From positions 25,723,028 through 25,787,027 of the forward strand of contig JARDVH010000124.1 of NCBI GenBank assembly GCA_030324005.1: a DNA stretch of 64,000 bases, read 5' to 3'. The notes beneath the pieces are model-generated. The model was not told where the DNA came from. It did no database searches and saw nothing but the letters and a program-made list of their open reading frames with translations. A program made the translations under genes and the position numbers. The first letter of the stretch is position 1. Each line of letters starts with the position of its first letter. Source of the stretch: Negaprion brevirostris. Taxonomy: Eukaryota. Shown one piece after another: positions 1 to 13,200 of this stretch.

Positions 1-733
1 GGTCTTTATTGTGAGGCTAGCAGTGCAATTGCTATGAATTTATATATGCTTTTTTATATTTAAGGGGAATGTTTAAAATTCAACTTTATTCTACAGGCAG
101 TCAGAATACCAACATTTAGCTCAGATGTTTGAATAATTATCCTTTCAGCTAGGAATTTGATACAGCTAATGGACTTTAGTTACTCAAAAGATTATTTGGG
201 AAGTTGACTGAAAGGGTCATGTGATAATGTGGTTATTGGGCAGAGCTCGGTTTGTAGTAGAGAGGAGAAGCTTTTGCAGTTTCGCAGTTCTAGTTGGGAA
301 CTGTTTGAAGGCAGAAGCTTCTGCAATCTGTTCTGAAACTTATTTTTCTCTCTGGAGGCTTCAAGATGGTCCAACCCATTATAACAACAAGTATACTTAT
401 GGTTGCTAATTGTATTTAACATGGCATTTAAGTCTCTAAGAGGAAATTGCTTACTTGGAATAGGAACAGTCTAAGCTAAAAAGTAAAATTGCTTCCTCTC
501 ATTTTTAAATATTGTTCAACTGTCAATGCTTAAGCTGCTTTATTTGTTAGAGTTATATTTAAACTGTGTTATTAAATAGAGTTTATATTACTATAAAATG
601 TCCTAATCTGTCAGTGAAATTACTCCTGGAGCGAAGCATCCTGTCCTCACATTTATATTATACCAAAATAGAAAAATTGGGGTCTAGTCTGGCATCCAAA
701 TGTAACTTGGAGGTCTGATCCAGTACCTTAACA
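1..733 (+). mobile_element. Probable 3' part of a solo LTR
   Basis: LTR-like composition, ATTAAA signal near 571, ends ...TCCAGTACCTTAACA (terminal CA). Confidence 0.4.
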
Positions 734-1438
734 GAATGACTACTGGATCAACACACCATATTCTATAGCAGGAATCAGATCAGTACCTTAACATAAAGGT
801 TCATCTTCATTATTTCCATCAGCAATGTTCTTTCAATGCATGCAGGACTGATTCCACATTTTCTAATAATGCTGATTTAAAATGAACTGTTTGCAGATAT
901 CCAACGGGTTAACTGTAAAATTATTTAATTGCTCATGTATTTTGTCATGTAGACAAAGCTATTATTTTGTTTCTTCAAAGCATATTAAAGCTGGTCACAT
1001 AAAGGAGATTATCAAGGATACAACATGTGGCCAACAAGACTAAAAGATTCATATTTCAAATGCATAAATGAACTATGTTTATTACAGATTTGTTTTGATA
1101 ATTTATCTTGGCTTTACAAGGTAGATAAATAAATTTTCTTCCCAGATAGTTAATGTTACATGAAGACATGAGACAGGAATAAGTTTCCTTAAGTGAGATC
1201 AAAGAAAGGAGCAGAATAATAGGCTCTAAATTCAAGAAGGAGCAGACATGAGTGAAGTGAACACAAGTGGAGCCTTGAAGATCTGAAAAGGTTGGTCTGT
1301 CTGTGCTGTGGGCCATTGAGGCAAAGGTACCCCTTTGGAACTGTGCTGTCTTGCTTGGCATGGCCGAAAGTCAGGGGCTGTGCCTGGAAAATAAAGCTCT
1401 AGTATACTCAAGAGGTTCAGGAGAAATTTTGTCAAAGC

Positions 1439-1535
1439 GGCTCTGAAGAAGGGTTATCCTGACTCGAAACTTGGGGCTCTATTCCCTCTCCACAGATGCT
1501 GTCACACCTGTTGAGTTTTTTGAACATTTCCTTTC
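1439..1535 (+). mobile_element. Penelope-type terminal repeat fragment with degenerate minimal hammerhead motif
   Basis: CTGAAGA-AGGGT(tatcctg)ACTC-GAAAC followed by the ...CTCTCCACAGATGCTG..ACCTG.TGAG tail typical of this repeat class. Confidence 0.6.
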
Positions 1536-1618
1536 ATAATAAGGTAAACAGCCAACTGGATCGCTCCATAAGTTTAATTTAACTTTTTATGTACAGAAAT
1601 AAATGATTACAATACTAC

Positions 1619-1870
1619 GGAGTTTGCCCATTCTCCCCGTATCCACCTGGGTTTCCTCTGGGTGCTTATGTTTCCTCTCAGTCCAAAGATGTGTAGGTTA
1701 CACACACTGACCATGTTAAATTGCCCTTAGTGTCCCAAGATGTGTAAGTAATGAGGATTTGCAGAGTAAATAGAGGATAGTGTGTGGTAAGATGCTCTGT
1801 CAGAGAGTTGGTGCAGACTCAATGGACTGAATGGCCTCCTTTTGCACTGTAGGGGTTCCATGAGATTCTA
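1619..1870 (+). mobile_element. HE1/V-SINE-type shark SINE, 5'-truncated
   Basis: GGAGTTTGC..TTCTCCCCGT..GGGTTTCCTC..CCAAAGATGTG..TAAATTGCCC body and GAATGGCCTCCT..TGCACTGTAGGG tail. Confidence 0.85.
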
Positions 1871-2115
1871 ATATGATGATAGAAGATAAAATATTACAAA
1901 CTTTATGAAATCTTTAATTTTTATTACAGAAACACTTAACATTCTGCAAGTATATTAACTTTCCAGGGCCAAAGGGCATTTGCAGTCATTCAGAAGTTAG
2001 TACACCATTAAAAACCCAGTTACACCTCATTCAACACGATGAAACATTTTTAAGGATATTTGCATTGAGACAAATAATGCAAATTTGTCAATTCACTAAT
2101 TGCTAACGGAGTGTA

Positions 2116-3197
2116 AACTGGATTTTTGCAGAGTTGGCAAGACTCCATTGTCCTTTTAAAATGGCAGACAGAATCTGGATGCGGAACTCGCACACCATTT
2201 CCAACTGATATACTTTTACACAGCAGGGGGAGATAAACGGGCTGTGATTCCCAAAGGCAGGAAACCTGAACTCAGCGGTATTAAGATCAAACAGACCCCA
2301 TTTGGGTTCTTCCAAGGATGTTAACATAACAGTTGGGGTGTTATGAATTGATGGAATATGCTTGCATGCCCTTTTAGGGAGGTTAAGGCCTGTTTAAGTG
2401 TCATGTTCTTCAGTGTTTTTTATATTCCGTGCTCTTTCAACTTGGGAAAAAAAACACAGGCTTATGTTATCAGTGAGAATTTTAAAAAAAAGCTTTGACC
2501 TACAGGCCATTTTATGCAAATGAGAAAAAGTGACATTTTACAGTTTCACTAGAGATCTTTACCACCATTTTCCAAGGGTTGTTATTTTGCCATTATGAAT
2601 GCTTGGCTGAGTTTCAGAAGCCTCAACTGCATTATTTCAGCAGATGGTTCTGAATTCGAAGTTTGATTGAGCTTGAAAAGACTATTAAGGATTTGATGTG
2701 ATTAGGGAATAGAAGTGTATGTTTTTGAGGAGAGTTAAAAGCTTCGAGTGTGTTTCATAAATGTAAGTTTTCTTTATTCCCAATTTTGTATGAGTAAGAG
2801 CCGTATTAGATTGTTAGAAGCTTATTTTTCAATCTTCATGTGGTTGTCAAGTCTGCCTATGGTGGATGCTAAGTGACTGGCCATGGGGTGGCATGAGGAT
2901 ATCGGCAGCATAGGGTTGAGTGGGGGTTATGAGAGGATATGGGGAATTGATAAGGGGATGAGGGCTAACAGGCCTAACAGCTTCTAAGACAACTGAGACA
3001 AAGTCCCAGAATACCCATGTGCATAGCTAAACAGTCCATCTTGGCAATCTCCCTGGCTACCTACAATCTTCTTCTGGAGTTGGCTTGCCTGACTCCATCC
3101 TGCTCCTGCCTGGAGCAAAAATTGGTTATAACTGAGTCAGCCTGAATTGAAGAATTTCCTGACTTAAACTACCTGTTTTGGCAGCAAAATTCCAGCC
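2116..3197. mobile_element. Degenerate non-autonomous DNA transposon (TIR-bounded)
   Basis: CTGGATTTTTGC (2118-2129) and GCAAAATTCCAG (3184-3195) are 11/12 inverted repeats; a similar GGGCTGAATTT terminus occurs at 8601. Confidence 0.4.
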
Positions 3198-4209
3198 TTG
3201 CGCTCTGGGGTTACCTCAGCACTGCCCTCTGGGGAGCATGGGGATCACCAACAACAACAATCTGGATTCCTGCATTAATGTGCACACGCAGACTCTCAAA
3301 GTTGCTCTCAATTTCAATGGAGTAGAGACAGAAAACAGTAATAGTTTTGCAGTCATATTTGATGTCATATTTTATCTGCATGACAGAAAACAACCAACAA
3401 AATTGTTTGCAATGATAATGTAAAAAGTGGCAAAAGGCACACTGGACAAAATCCAGATACATTCTTCAATTAAGATTTAATTAGCCACACAAGTAACTAC
3501 TAAATCTAAGTTACATTTTTCTTTGTTAGCTAATAACTGACAGGGTGACAAACTGTAGTATTTAATCCCATCCTTTTGCTTTTTGAAAAAAAAAAACTGT
3601 GAATTTGAAGTCCCCGAAACAAATTTCACATGATGACAAAGCCATAATTTTGCTTAAGCTATCAGTCCTAACTAATTCACTGCATGACTATCAATGCGTT
3701 TTCGATTTTAAGCTCTCACTGACAGAATGGATGCTGTAGTATATGACAACATTTGCCTGAAACTTCTGAACCAAACAATATTTAATATTGTTCCAAGTAT
3801 TCCCAGTTAATAGTAAATTGATAAAATTAACTGTAAAGACTTTTAAAAATAAAGTTGTTACATGGAAGAGCTACATAATGCAAAATTTATTATCAGGGCC
3901 ATTGATTTATCATTTTCAAATGTTCCATTCTAATTGAAAAATATTTTCAGAATTTTGCTGGTGGTTCTGGAATAGAACCAATCTAAGAGTGTAAATATTA
4001 AATTCAATTACCAGATAAATGAGTTGTTTTGGTAACAATGAGCCAAAGTTTGATGGAGTGGGACATCTTGCAATATGCCAGAGCAGACCTGTTTATGCAT
4101 GCCTGGATCAAATATTTTTCTTACAGTTACTGCAAGTTGATAATGGTGTGGTGAGAGCAACAATGCACTGGATCCTTCATGAATAGTGGCACAAACAGTC
4201 TGCTTTGTG

Positions 4210-4325
4210 CGTGTCAGCTGTGGATCAGTTGATCATACTCGTGTCTCTGAACCACAAGGTTCCAGGTCCAAAGCCCACTCCAGGTCTTCAGCGCAAAAAA
4301 ATTTAAGAACGACACTCCAGAGCTG
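4210..4325 (+). mobile_element. Deu-domain SINE (SacSINE1-like) head
   Basis: CAGCTGTGG.TCAGTTG...CTCTGA...AAGGTT...GGT.CAA.GCCCACTCCAG tRNA-like head. Confidence 0.6.
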
Positions 4326-5189
4326 TACAGCTATACCAAGCTTTAGTTTTAAACAGTAATTCCATTATCTAGAGGTTAAAAAATTACTTCCTATTTATTT
4401 TTAAATACTAACTGCTCCATGAGAAAGCAGTTTGGAATTAGGTACAAGTGTGTTTTTTCGTGACTGTCCACACAGATAACAGCTAGGTAAATTAAATGCA
4501 AGGGTTGTTTCCCCATTCCCAGGAGGTTTTGGTTTACACTTGGGTCTCTCTTCACCCACCACTGTGAAGCATGCTGTCTCTCACCACCTAACCTAAGCAG
4601 CTTGGCACATTCTCCTAACAACAGCCAAGCATATGGTCTTCTTAATCCGTGCTGAGAGCTCTTATGTATTCTATGGAAGCAGTGCTTGTGGAGTAGTCCA
4701 TAGCTACTTAAATTCCCAATCGCTGAGCAGTGTCCCCACCACCTGGAGAGCAGTGACTGGCTCCACAGGAAGAAGGGGGTTGAGGTTGAGAAGCTGTTCG
4801 TTAATGGGACAAGCATCCTCGTCCAGGAACAAAGTTAGCACAAGCAATATCATTTTAAAAGATGAAACAACTTAACATGAATGAGCATAGGGGAAATTGA
4901 CCTAGCAAAAATAACTTTGGGATGTATTTTGCAGCTGTATTTTTGAGTCGTCAGGAACAACAAAACCTGTTCTCCTGGGCTCTTTGCCACATGACTGGAA
5001 ATGTAGATTTATTTACATTGTGTTTTGTTTATTTCACGTTTACGATATGTATTAAGACTGAAGATCTTGAGTTGGGAATGCATCTCCTGATAATATATAC
5101 ACTTAAATAGAAAACTTGCTTCAATAGTAGTTTTAGATAATGGTATCAAGGAATTTAAATATTATTTGAAATAGAATACTCCTGTACCA

Positions 5190-5296
5190 AGAGAAGATTA
5201 CACTGTTGGAGATGCCATCTTTTAGATGAAACATTAAACCAAGGCCCCACCTTCCAGCTTAAGTGGATGTAAAAGATCCCACGGCACTACTTTGAA
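5190..5296 (+). mobile_element. Deu-domain SINE core
   Basis: GGAGATGCCATCTTTTAGATGAAACATTAAACCAAGGCCCC...GGATGTAAAAGATCCCACGGCACTA, recognisable as the Deu domain. Confidence 0.7.
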
Positions 5297-5298
5297 AT

Positions 5299-5430
5299 CA
5301 TGATGTGGAGATGCCGACGTTGACTGGGGTAAACAAAGTAAGAAGTCTCACAACACCAGTTAAAGTCCAACAGGTTTATTTGATAGTAAATGCCACAAGC
5401 TTTCAGAACACAGTTCCTTCGTTAGGTGAG
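5299..5430 (-). mobile_element. Penelope-type repeat arm with hammerhead motif (core mutated)
   Basis: TGATGTGGAGATGCC...AAGAAGTCTCACAACACC..TTAAAGTCCAACAGGTTTATT. Minus strand 5428-5394 reads CAC-CTAACGA-AGGAAC-TGT-GTTCT-GAAAGCTT-GTG. Confidence 0.75.
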
Positions 5431-7199
5431 CAGAGAGTGAGAGAAAACGGTTAGGGAGAAGTCAGATAATGCAGGGGAGATCAGAGGTTAGATATCAGGA
5501 AGTTTTAATTGTTCATTGCCTATCAGTTGGGTGGTGGTGTTTGTGGGCTGATTATTGTGGGAAGGAGCACTGCCAATAATTGCAGGGACAGATTGTCATT
5601 ATGAGCATGTTGGATCCAAGGGATGTTGTGGAAGCGCATCACTTAGAATGTGGAGATATAATCTAAATATTTCCAGAATTTACCCTGAGAAATAGGATTT
5701 AGGATAAAAAGAATTATTCTTCGGATCAATGNNNNNNNNNNNNNNNNNNNNNNNNNNNNNNNNNNNNNNNNNNNNNNNNNNNNNNNNNNNNNNNNNNNNN
5801 NNNNNNNNNNNNNNNNNNNNNNNNNNNNNNNATTATTCTTCGGATCAATGAGTGGCAACTTTGTGGACTAATTTTTTTAAAAAACTGGATTGCTGTTTTC
5901 TGCCTCCCTTTATGACAGTCTAACTCTTCCATCCACTCACCATACCTTTTGGCTGTTTAGGTGGTTGAATTATAATTAAGTGCACAATAGTAAAATAAGG
6001 TATGGCCGTAAATGAAAGGGCTACATACTTGAATACCAGTAAGATATTAACTATCATGAGTCAGGAGAATCTTAAATGTTTTTAACATGTTACTTGTTTG
6101 TAATTAATGGCTCAGAGCTTCTGCTTGATTGAGCTGTGTGTTCCATCGTAATTTCCTTGACACCAGTCTAAATGGCATCAAAGGGAAACCATGAGAAATC
6201 TCAGTTCTAATTGTAGTTTGCACTTCTCCAGTTTCCATGAACTTTTGTGCATTTTTAAATGATCATGCTAGAAGTAGGCTCCACCTACTTGGCCATTCTT
6301 CCACATTGAAATAATCACTACAGAGCTTCTGCTGCATTGATTCATTCACAGGTCTTTAAGGAGGCAAAAACTAGACTGCACCTTTAAGACACAAGGACAC
6401 TAACAGGTATGTTGTGAAAGATGTTGGATCGTCTTATTAAATATACCAAGGAACCAACTATTGTATTTCAATTTAACTAGAAAATACTTTTGTAAAGTTT
6501 ATAAAAAAGTTATTTTTAGTCATTTAAAATCAGATTTCTCACACGTGGTGTGTTGACACTGACCAAAAATGCTTTTTTTTTTTAAAAGTGATAAACTCAT
6601 TTCAGATCTATTATTTGAATTCTACCAAGTTACCATTCATATATGTCAAAATGATGTTTAAAATTACTTCTTGAATTCTGCCCGATTATGCTGGTGCATG
6701 GCAGATTTTTGAATTTGGTGAGATTTGGTGATTTGAGGGAAAACCATGGCAGTGTTGGAGCGAGGGAGAAGAGGTATGGGAAAAAACGTTTCACAAACGA
6801 GCACAATTTTGGGTGCAATTTGCGCTGGAATCAATGATCGCGTCCAAGTGGCCTTCTCATAATTGCTCTAAGGTGCATTTAAGTTTTGGACATCCCAATA
6901 GCTAAAAATCACACCAGTCTGAAGCAGCTGTACTTTAACAAGCGTGGCTGATTCTGTGAACTACGGATGTGCACATTAGAACCCACTCCAATTCCCCACA
7001 CTCCTGCGAAAATGGTAGGTGCCATGTTCCTGATTGGAGCTTCTGCTACCATTTTTGCACAGACAGCTTCTGTCTTTACAGAAATTAAGGCCTCAGTTTT
7101 GATGGTGCTGACTAAGGCACCAATGGAGCTCCTGAATTGGCTCAGGGTTAAAGGAAAAGAAACCCATACAAAGAGATTCACTGATCCTGCTGTATTACA

Positions 7200-7420
7200 T
7201 AGAAAGAGTTACATAGAAATCCCACAGTGCAGAAAGACGCCCTTAGGCCCATCGAGTTTGCACTGACCACGAACCCACCTAGGCCCTACCCCAAACCGTA
7301 CATATTTTACCCGCTAATCCTCACTAACCTATGCATCTACGGTCAGTTTAGCATGGCCAATCAACCTAACCCGCACATCTTTGGACTGTGGGAGGAAACC
7401 CACGGAGACACAAGGAGAAT
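7200..7420 (-). mobile_element. HE1/V-SINE-type SINE (truncated)
   Basis: CATAGAAATCCCACAGTGCAGAA...TTTAGCATGGCCAATCAACCTAACCCGCACATCTTTGGACTGTGGGAGGAAACC. Confidence 0.85.
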
Positions 7421-8459
7421 TTAATCTCTGTGAGACCACTGGCTATATTTAATCCCTCTGTGTGATTATTGACTGTATTTAATCTCTCTTTGTGATCACT
7501 GATTGTATTTAATCTGTGTGCGATATCTGACTGTACTTAATCTGTGTGTGATCACTAACTATATTTAATTGCTCTGTATGATCGTTGACTATATTTATTC
7601 CCTGTGATCACTGACTGTCTTTAATCTTGTACGTGTGATCATTGACAGTATTTAGTATCTCTGTGTGATCACTGAGTTTATTTGATCTCTGTCTGATCAC
7701 TGATTGTATTTAATCTCATTGTGTGTGATACCTGTATTTAAACGCTGCGTGATATCTGACTGTATTTAATGTCTGTGTGATCACTGATTGTATTTAATCT
7801 GCATGTGAGATCATTGACAGTATTTAATGTGTCTGCCTGATCACTGACTTATCTAATCTCTCTATGTGATCATTGACTGTACTTAATCTCTCTGTGCATG
7901 ATCATTGACGGTATTTACACTCTGTGATCACTGACTGTATTTCGTTTCTCTGCGGAATCACTCACTGTATTTAATCTGTGTGATCACTGACTGTATTTAA
8001 TCTAAGTGATCACTGAATGTATTTAGTTAATCTTTATGTGATCATTGTCTGAATTTAGTTCTGTGATCACCGACTGTATTTACTCTCTCTATGACTCACT
8101 GTATTTAATCTCTCCCTTTGAGATCATTGAGTTCATTTAACATCTGTGGAATAACTGACTGTATTTAATTTGTGTGTGATCGCTGACTGTACTTAATCTT
8201 TGTGTGATCATTGACTTTTTAATCTCCCTGTGATCACTGAATGTTTAATCTCCCTCTGTGAGCACTGACCGTTTTTAATCTCTGTGTGATCACTGACTGC
8301 ATTTAATCTCCGTAATTAATCTCTCTACATGGTCATTGACTGTATTTATTCCCTCTGTGGGATCACTGACTGTATTTGATAACTATGTGATCAATGACTG
8401 TATCTCAACTCCCACTGTTCCAAGACTGACTGTCTTTAATCTATGTGATCACTGACTAT

Positions 8460-8517
<58 letters not shown>

Positions 8518-8600
8518 TGTGTGAGAGACAGAGTGAGAGAAAAAAAGAGATATCGCTGACTTTATTTAATCTCTCTGTGTGAGATCACGGATTGTATTTA
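7420..8600. repeat. Degenerate ~29-bp minisatellite, consensus TGTGTGATCACTGACTGTATTTAATCTCTC (roughly 35-40 units); resumes at 9193-9270
   Basis: Directly visible tandem repetition of TGATCACTGACTGTATTTAATC. Confidence 0.95.
8462..8515. repeat. (TG)n microsatellite inside the minisatellite
   Basis: Perfect TG run. Confidence 0.98.
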
Positions 8601-8876
8601 GGGCTGAATTTACCATCACTTTGCACACATTTTTGGGTGCATAAAATTGGTAAAGTCAGGCGTGAGGCGAGTAGCACGATCTGGCCCCACCTCCACGCCA
8701 GTCCCCCGTTTACCAAGGCCTCAAAATCGCCGTGGTCTGGACTGTGCCCAAAATAGGAGTGACAGCCATTTAAATNNNNNNNNNNNNNNNNNNNNNNNNN
8801 NNNNNNNNNNNNNNNNNNNNNNNNNNNNNNNNNNNNNNNNNNNNNNNNNNNNNNNNNNNNNNNNNNNNNNNNNNNG

Positions 8877-8931
<55 letters not shown>

Positions 8932-9185
8932 AGAGGGAGGAGGCGGGAAGAGAGGTCCACTGTCACTCTGCCTGAGATGGAAGGGGGAGAGGAGTCCATG
9001 ATCGGTCTAGGTGGTAGGGGTATGGGGGGGTGGGTCAGTAATGTTGTGGGAGTGAGGCAACGTCTGTGGGGCCAGGTAGCGGCATTATCCAGCCCAGGAG
9101 AGATATGGCAGGGGAGCAGCATTCCATCATTTTCTTTCCCCTGTGCATGTGCAGTTGGAGGCACGAAACAGAGCAGCAGGGTTAT
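8601..9185. mobile_element. GC-rich insertion interrupting the minisatellite (probable DNA-transposon remnant; contains a gap and (GA)n at about 8877-8926)
   Basis: Abrupt start GGGCTGAATTTACC; satellite units flank both sides. Confidence 0.5.
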
Positions 9186-10715
9186 AATATCTTTGTGATC
9201 ACTGACTGTATTTAATCTCTCTGTGTGATCACTGTCTATAATCTGTGTCTATGACATCTGACTGTAGTTAGTATTGTTATTTTAGTTTTAAATGATAAAT
9301 TTATGGTGCACAACTAATAAACAGGGCTGTCTAAATCAAATGGGGGTAGCACTTTACATTTGATTTGAAAACCCATTCCCTTCTAAACTTAGGGAAAAAT
9401 ATTTGACAAAAGCCAAACAGGCTGAATTAAAGCTGCTCACAATACAACTTTTTTCTCTTTTCCTCCACATCAGTCACTGTGTTATTTCATCCACTGAACA
9501 CCATTTAGGCTAGCACTAGATTATATAAACAACAGCTTGAATAAATTTAAAAATCATGACCACTTGTGGTTATTCGCCTTCAAAGTTTTTTGTTTCTCCA
9601 ATCTATTCATTTTCATTCCCTTCCAACACCACTGCTCAGATATTTCAGGTCAGGCTGTCAGATATCAACTAACATGAGCCATGGGTTCTGTCAGCAAGTG
9701 ACAACACTGAATCGAAGGCATCAGCAACTTTTTGAGTCCTTAAGTCATCAGTCATTTTGAAATCCAGTACCAGCAGAGAACAAAACATGACTTGAGTGGT
9801 ACTGAATTTCAAAACAACTGATACTTCCAGATTATCATCCAGGACCAAAAAAAACAGCGCCCTGCCAATTTAGCAATTTCTCGCTGACAGTGCCTGTGGC
9901 TAAAGTAAACTAAGCAAGTCTTCAGCAATTTTCCAATCTCAAATATCAGAGGTTCAAGAGGCCAAATGGAAGAAATTAAAAGGTTTTTCATAAACTAGGT
10001 AGGAAAGTTGCTGTTTTTGTTGATGTACTGCTTAAAAAAATTAGAGGGCAATTTAAAAATTCCCCTCTAGTAGGATTATGGACAAAGGAGATTTCAAAAA
10101 ACACAAAAATGACTCTAAATTCCATCATGAACCTCTTCATAATTTACCAAATTATAATAGTTCATCTGAAGTATTTAAAATCAAAGCAAGCAAAAACTGG
10201 AAGGGCGACTTCCCCAATACCCCAATTGCATTCCACAAACCATCTTTCAATAGAAGTCTTTTTTACTGTCAAAAGACACCTAATTAAAACTGGCATCTTG
10301 GATTAGAATGAACTCCTCCACATGCATCCTGGAACCAAATCTGCTGGATCCTGGAGCATACTTTATTCCTCCTTTAGCTGCTGTGTCATTCCTCAATTCC
10401 TCAAACTTCCAACAGTTCTGGAGTCAAGCACCAGGGTCCCTCATGTCAATTAAGATGTCACATTTCTTTTCAATTGGTCTTTAGGCAACTCTTATCTTGT
10501 GAGCTGATCACCACAAGAATATTTGCCAGGTTTTGGATCACCATTTCTTAATGTACTTCCTAGTTAGTTGAGCACCAGGCAATGACTCTAAGTGAACAGC
10601 TACACCTTTACCGTTATTGTCTCCAAGCTTGGCCTATTTAGATTGAACTGGTAGAGTTATCTTCTGTGGTAACTAACTGATTCAGCTATCACACACGTTA
10701 TAATGGATGTAATAT

Positions 10716-12070
10716 GAACATACAACAGGATAAGCCAGTCAGCCATTCGAACCTGCTATTTAGTATCATGGCTGATCTGATAATAACCTTAAATCTGCAT
10801 CCTGCCTGTCCCTAATAACCTGTCATCCTCTTGCTTACCAAGAATCAATCCACATCTGCCTCAAAAATGTTTAAAGACTCTGCTTCCAACGACTTTTCAG
10901 GAAGTGAGTGCCAGGACAGGAATGGTTGTTGCAAGTTCCGGGGTTCANNNNNNNNNNNNNNNNNNNNNNNNNNNNNNNNNNNNNNNNNNNNNNNNNNNNN
11001 NNNNNNNNNNNNNNNNNNNNNNNNNNNNNNNNNNNNNNNNNNNNNNNTCCGTGGATAGGTTTATGGATGGAAAGGGATTGGTTTAGGTTAGAGGGTCATT
11101 GCTTTTTAATTGGTCGGTGCAACAACGTGGGCCGAAGGGCCTGTTCTGCGCTGTAATGTTCTCTGTTCTAAAAACTCTTGCTCCTCCACGTAAGGTTTCA
11201 CCTCACCTCTGTTTTAAGTGGACGACCCCTTTTTTAAACAGTGACCCAAATTTCTAAATTCTTCTGCAAGAGGAAACATGCTCTCCACACTCACCCTGTC
11301 AAGATCCCCAAAGAGCTCATATGTAATGGGCAACCTCAATATGGATAAGTAAGAGTTCACACATTTTGGTAGGAAGAATAAGGCAGCCTCATTCTCCTTG
11401 AAAATAAACATCCAAATTGGGTGGAGCAGCAGAAGGATCTGGAGATAGATATATGAATCACTAAATGCAATCATGTTAAAAAAAAACAGAAAAAAGTCAA
11501 AATGCACTGGGATCCATCTCTAGAATGTGGAACTGAAAAATCAGGCAAATGTAGTGAAACTTGTACAGAACCTTGGTTAACCCAAACAGAGAACTGCGAA
11601 CCCCATCCCCGTAGTATAAAAAGGCACCCAAGAAGATGCAATAACGATTACTATTATACTAACAAAATGAAGGGATTATATCTACAAGGAAAGATTGAAA
11701 AGATTAGGGAATTTTTCTTCAAAAAGAGAGAGAAAATTGAGGGATGACTTGATAGAGATTTTCAAAATTATAAATGGTTTACTGGGGTAGGTGAACAGAT
11801 GCTGCTTCTACTTGCGAGAGAGAATAGAACTAGAGAGCTATAAATCACCAATAAATCTAATAGGGAATTCAGGAGAAACTTCTTTACCCAGGGAGTGGTT
11901 AGAATGTAGTTGAGGTGACTAGCATGTATGCACTTAAGGTTAAGCAAAATAAACACATCAGGGAGAACGGAACAAAAGGGTGATGTTGATGAGGTTAGAT
12001 GAATTAGGGAGGATATTAGAGTGGAGAACAAACACAGACATGTTGGGCCAAATAGCTGGATTCTGTGCAC
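10716..12070. mobile_element. Cluster of CR1 (HER1-type) LINE 3' fragments in both orientations
   Basis: CR1 RT C-terminal and 3' UTR motifs (GAGAAACTTCTTTACCCAGGGAGTGGT; GGGCCGAAGGGCCTGTTCTG). Confidence 0.75.
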
Positions 12071-12417
12071 TAATTACAATGCAGTAGTTCCCATGTAAAT
12101 CTTAAGTATTGTTTAACACCTTTTATATCCCACAACCATACATGGAACCTTCTAAAAGGATCACTGGTTTTAAGCAATCTTTGGTTCATTTCATGATCCA
12201 GGAGCACATCATGTGGCGTGGTCTTTCTATGTTGGTGAACATATTTGTTGCAAATATTTTGTGCTCTTCAGTGGTAATATTCAATGGTGCCAAAACTTTC
12301 CATGATCAGGTTGATGTACAACTCCACCTTCTTCCAATTGATGCCAAATTTCTTACACTTCTTTCAAGAAATGATCCATGATGACTTGGTAGGTTCTCTT
12401 CTTTGGGCGCAATAAGA

Positions 12418-13200
12418 GTTTGATTTGATTTATTATTGTCAAATGTATTAACATACAGTGAAAAATATTATTTCTTACATGCTATACAGACAAAACATAC
12501 TGTTCATAGAGAAGGAAATGAGTGTGCAGAATGTAGTGTTACAGTGATAGCTAGGGTGCAGAGAAAGATCAGCTTAATGCAAGGTAAGTCCATTCAAAAG
12601 TCTGACAGCAGCAGGGAAAAAGCTGTTCTTGAATCGGTTGGTACGTGACCTCAGACTTTTGAATCTTTTTCCCGACGGAAGAGGGTGGAAGAGAGCNNNN
12701 NNNNNNNNNNNNNNNNNNNNNNNNNNNNNNNNNNNNNNNNNNNNNNNNNNNNNNNNNNNNNNNNNNNNNNNNNNNNNNNGACATTCATGACACGTAGTTC
12801 CTTGCAGTCTTGGGCACAGCAGAAGCCATACCAAGCTGTGATACCGAAAGGATACTCTCTATGCTGATCTGTGAAAGTTGGAGAGTCAGAGCTGACATGC
12901 CAAATTTCCTTCGTCATTTGAGAAAGTAGAGGCATTGGTGGACTTTCTTGATTATAGTGTCAGCATGGGGGGACCAGGACAGGTTGATGATCTGCACATT
13001 TAAAACTTGAAGCTCTCAACCCTTTCTATTTTGTCCCCATTGATGTGGATAGGGGCATGTTCCCCTTGACGCTTCCTGAAGTTGATGACAATCTCCTTTT
13101 GTTTTGTTGACATTTAGGGAGAGATTATTGTTGCCACGCTAGTGAACTAGATTTTATATCTCATTTCTGTACTCTGTCATTGTCTGAGATCCGACCCACT
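12418..13200 (-). mobile_element. Rex1/Babar non-LTR retrotransposon 3' fragment
   Basis: Minus-strand translations ITAWYG and LPSGKRFKSLRSRTNRFKNSFFPAAVRLLN; AATAAATCAAATCAAA tail. Confidence 0.88.

Noticed and set aside
2220-2233. CTCF-like ACAGCAGGGGGAGA
   Set aside because: Several mismatches to consensus and located inside a probable transposon remnant.
5712-5851. Direct repeat ATTATTCTTCGGATCAATG either side of an N gap (likewise around 22597-22742)
   Set aside because: Typical contig-end overlap across a 100-N placeholder gap; assembly artefact.
7420-8600. CRISPR-like array
   Set aside because: Tandem degenerate units without unique spacers, no cas genes, vertebrate context.
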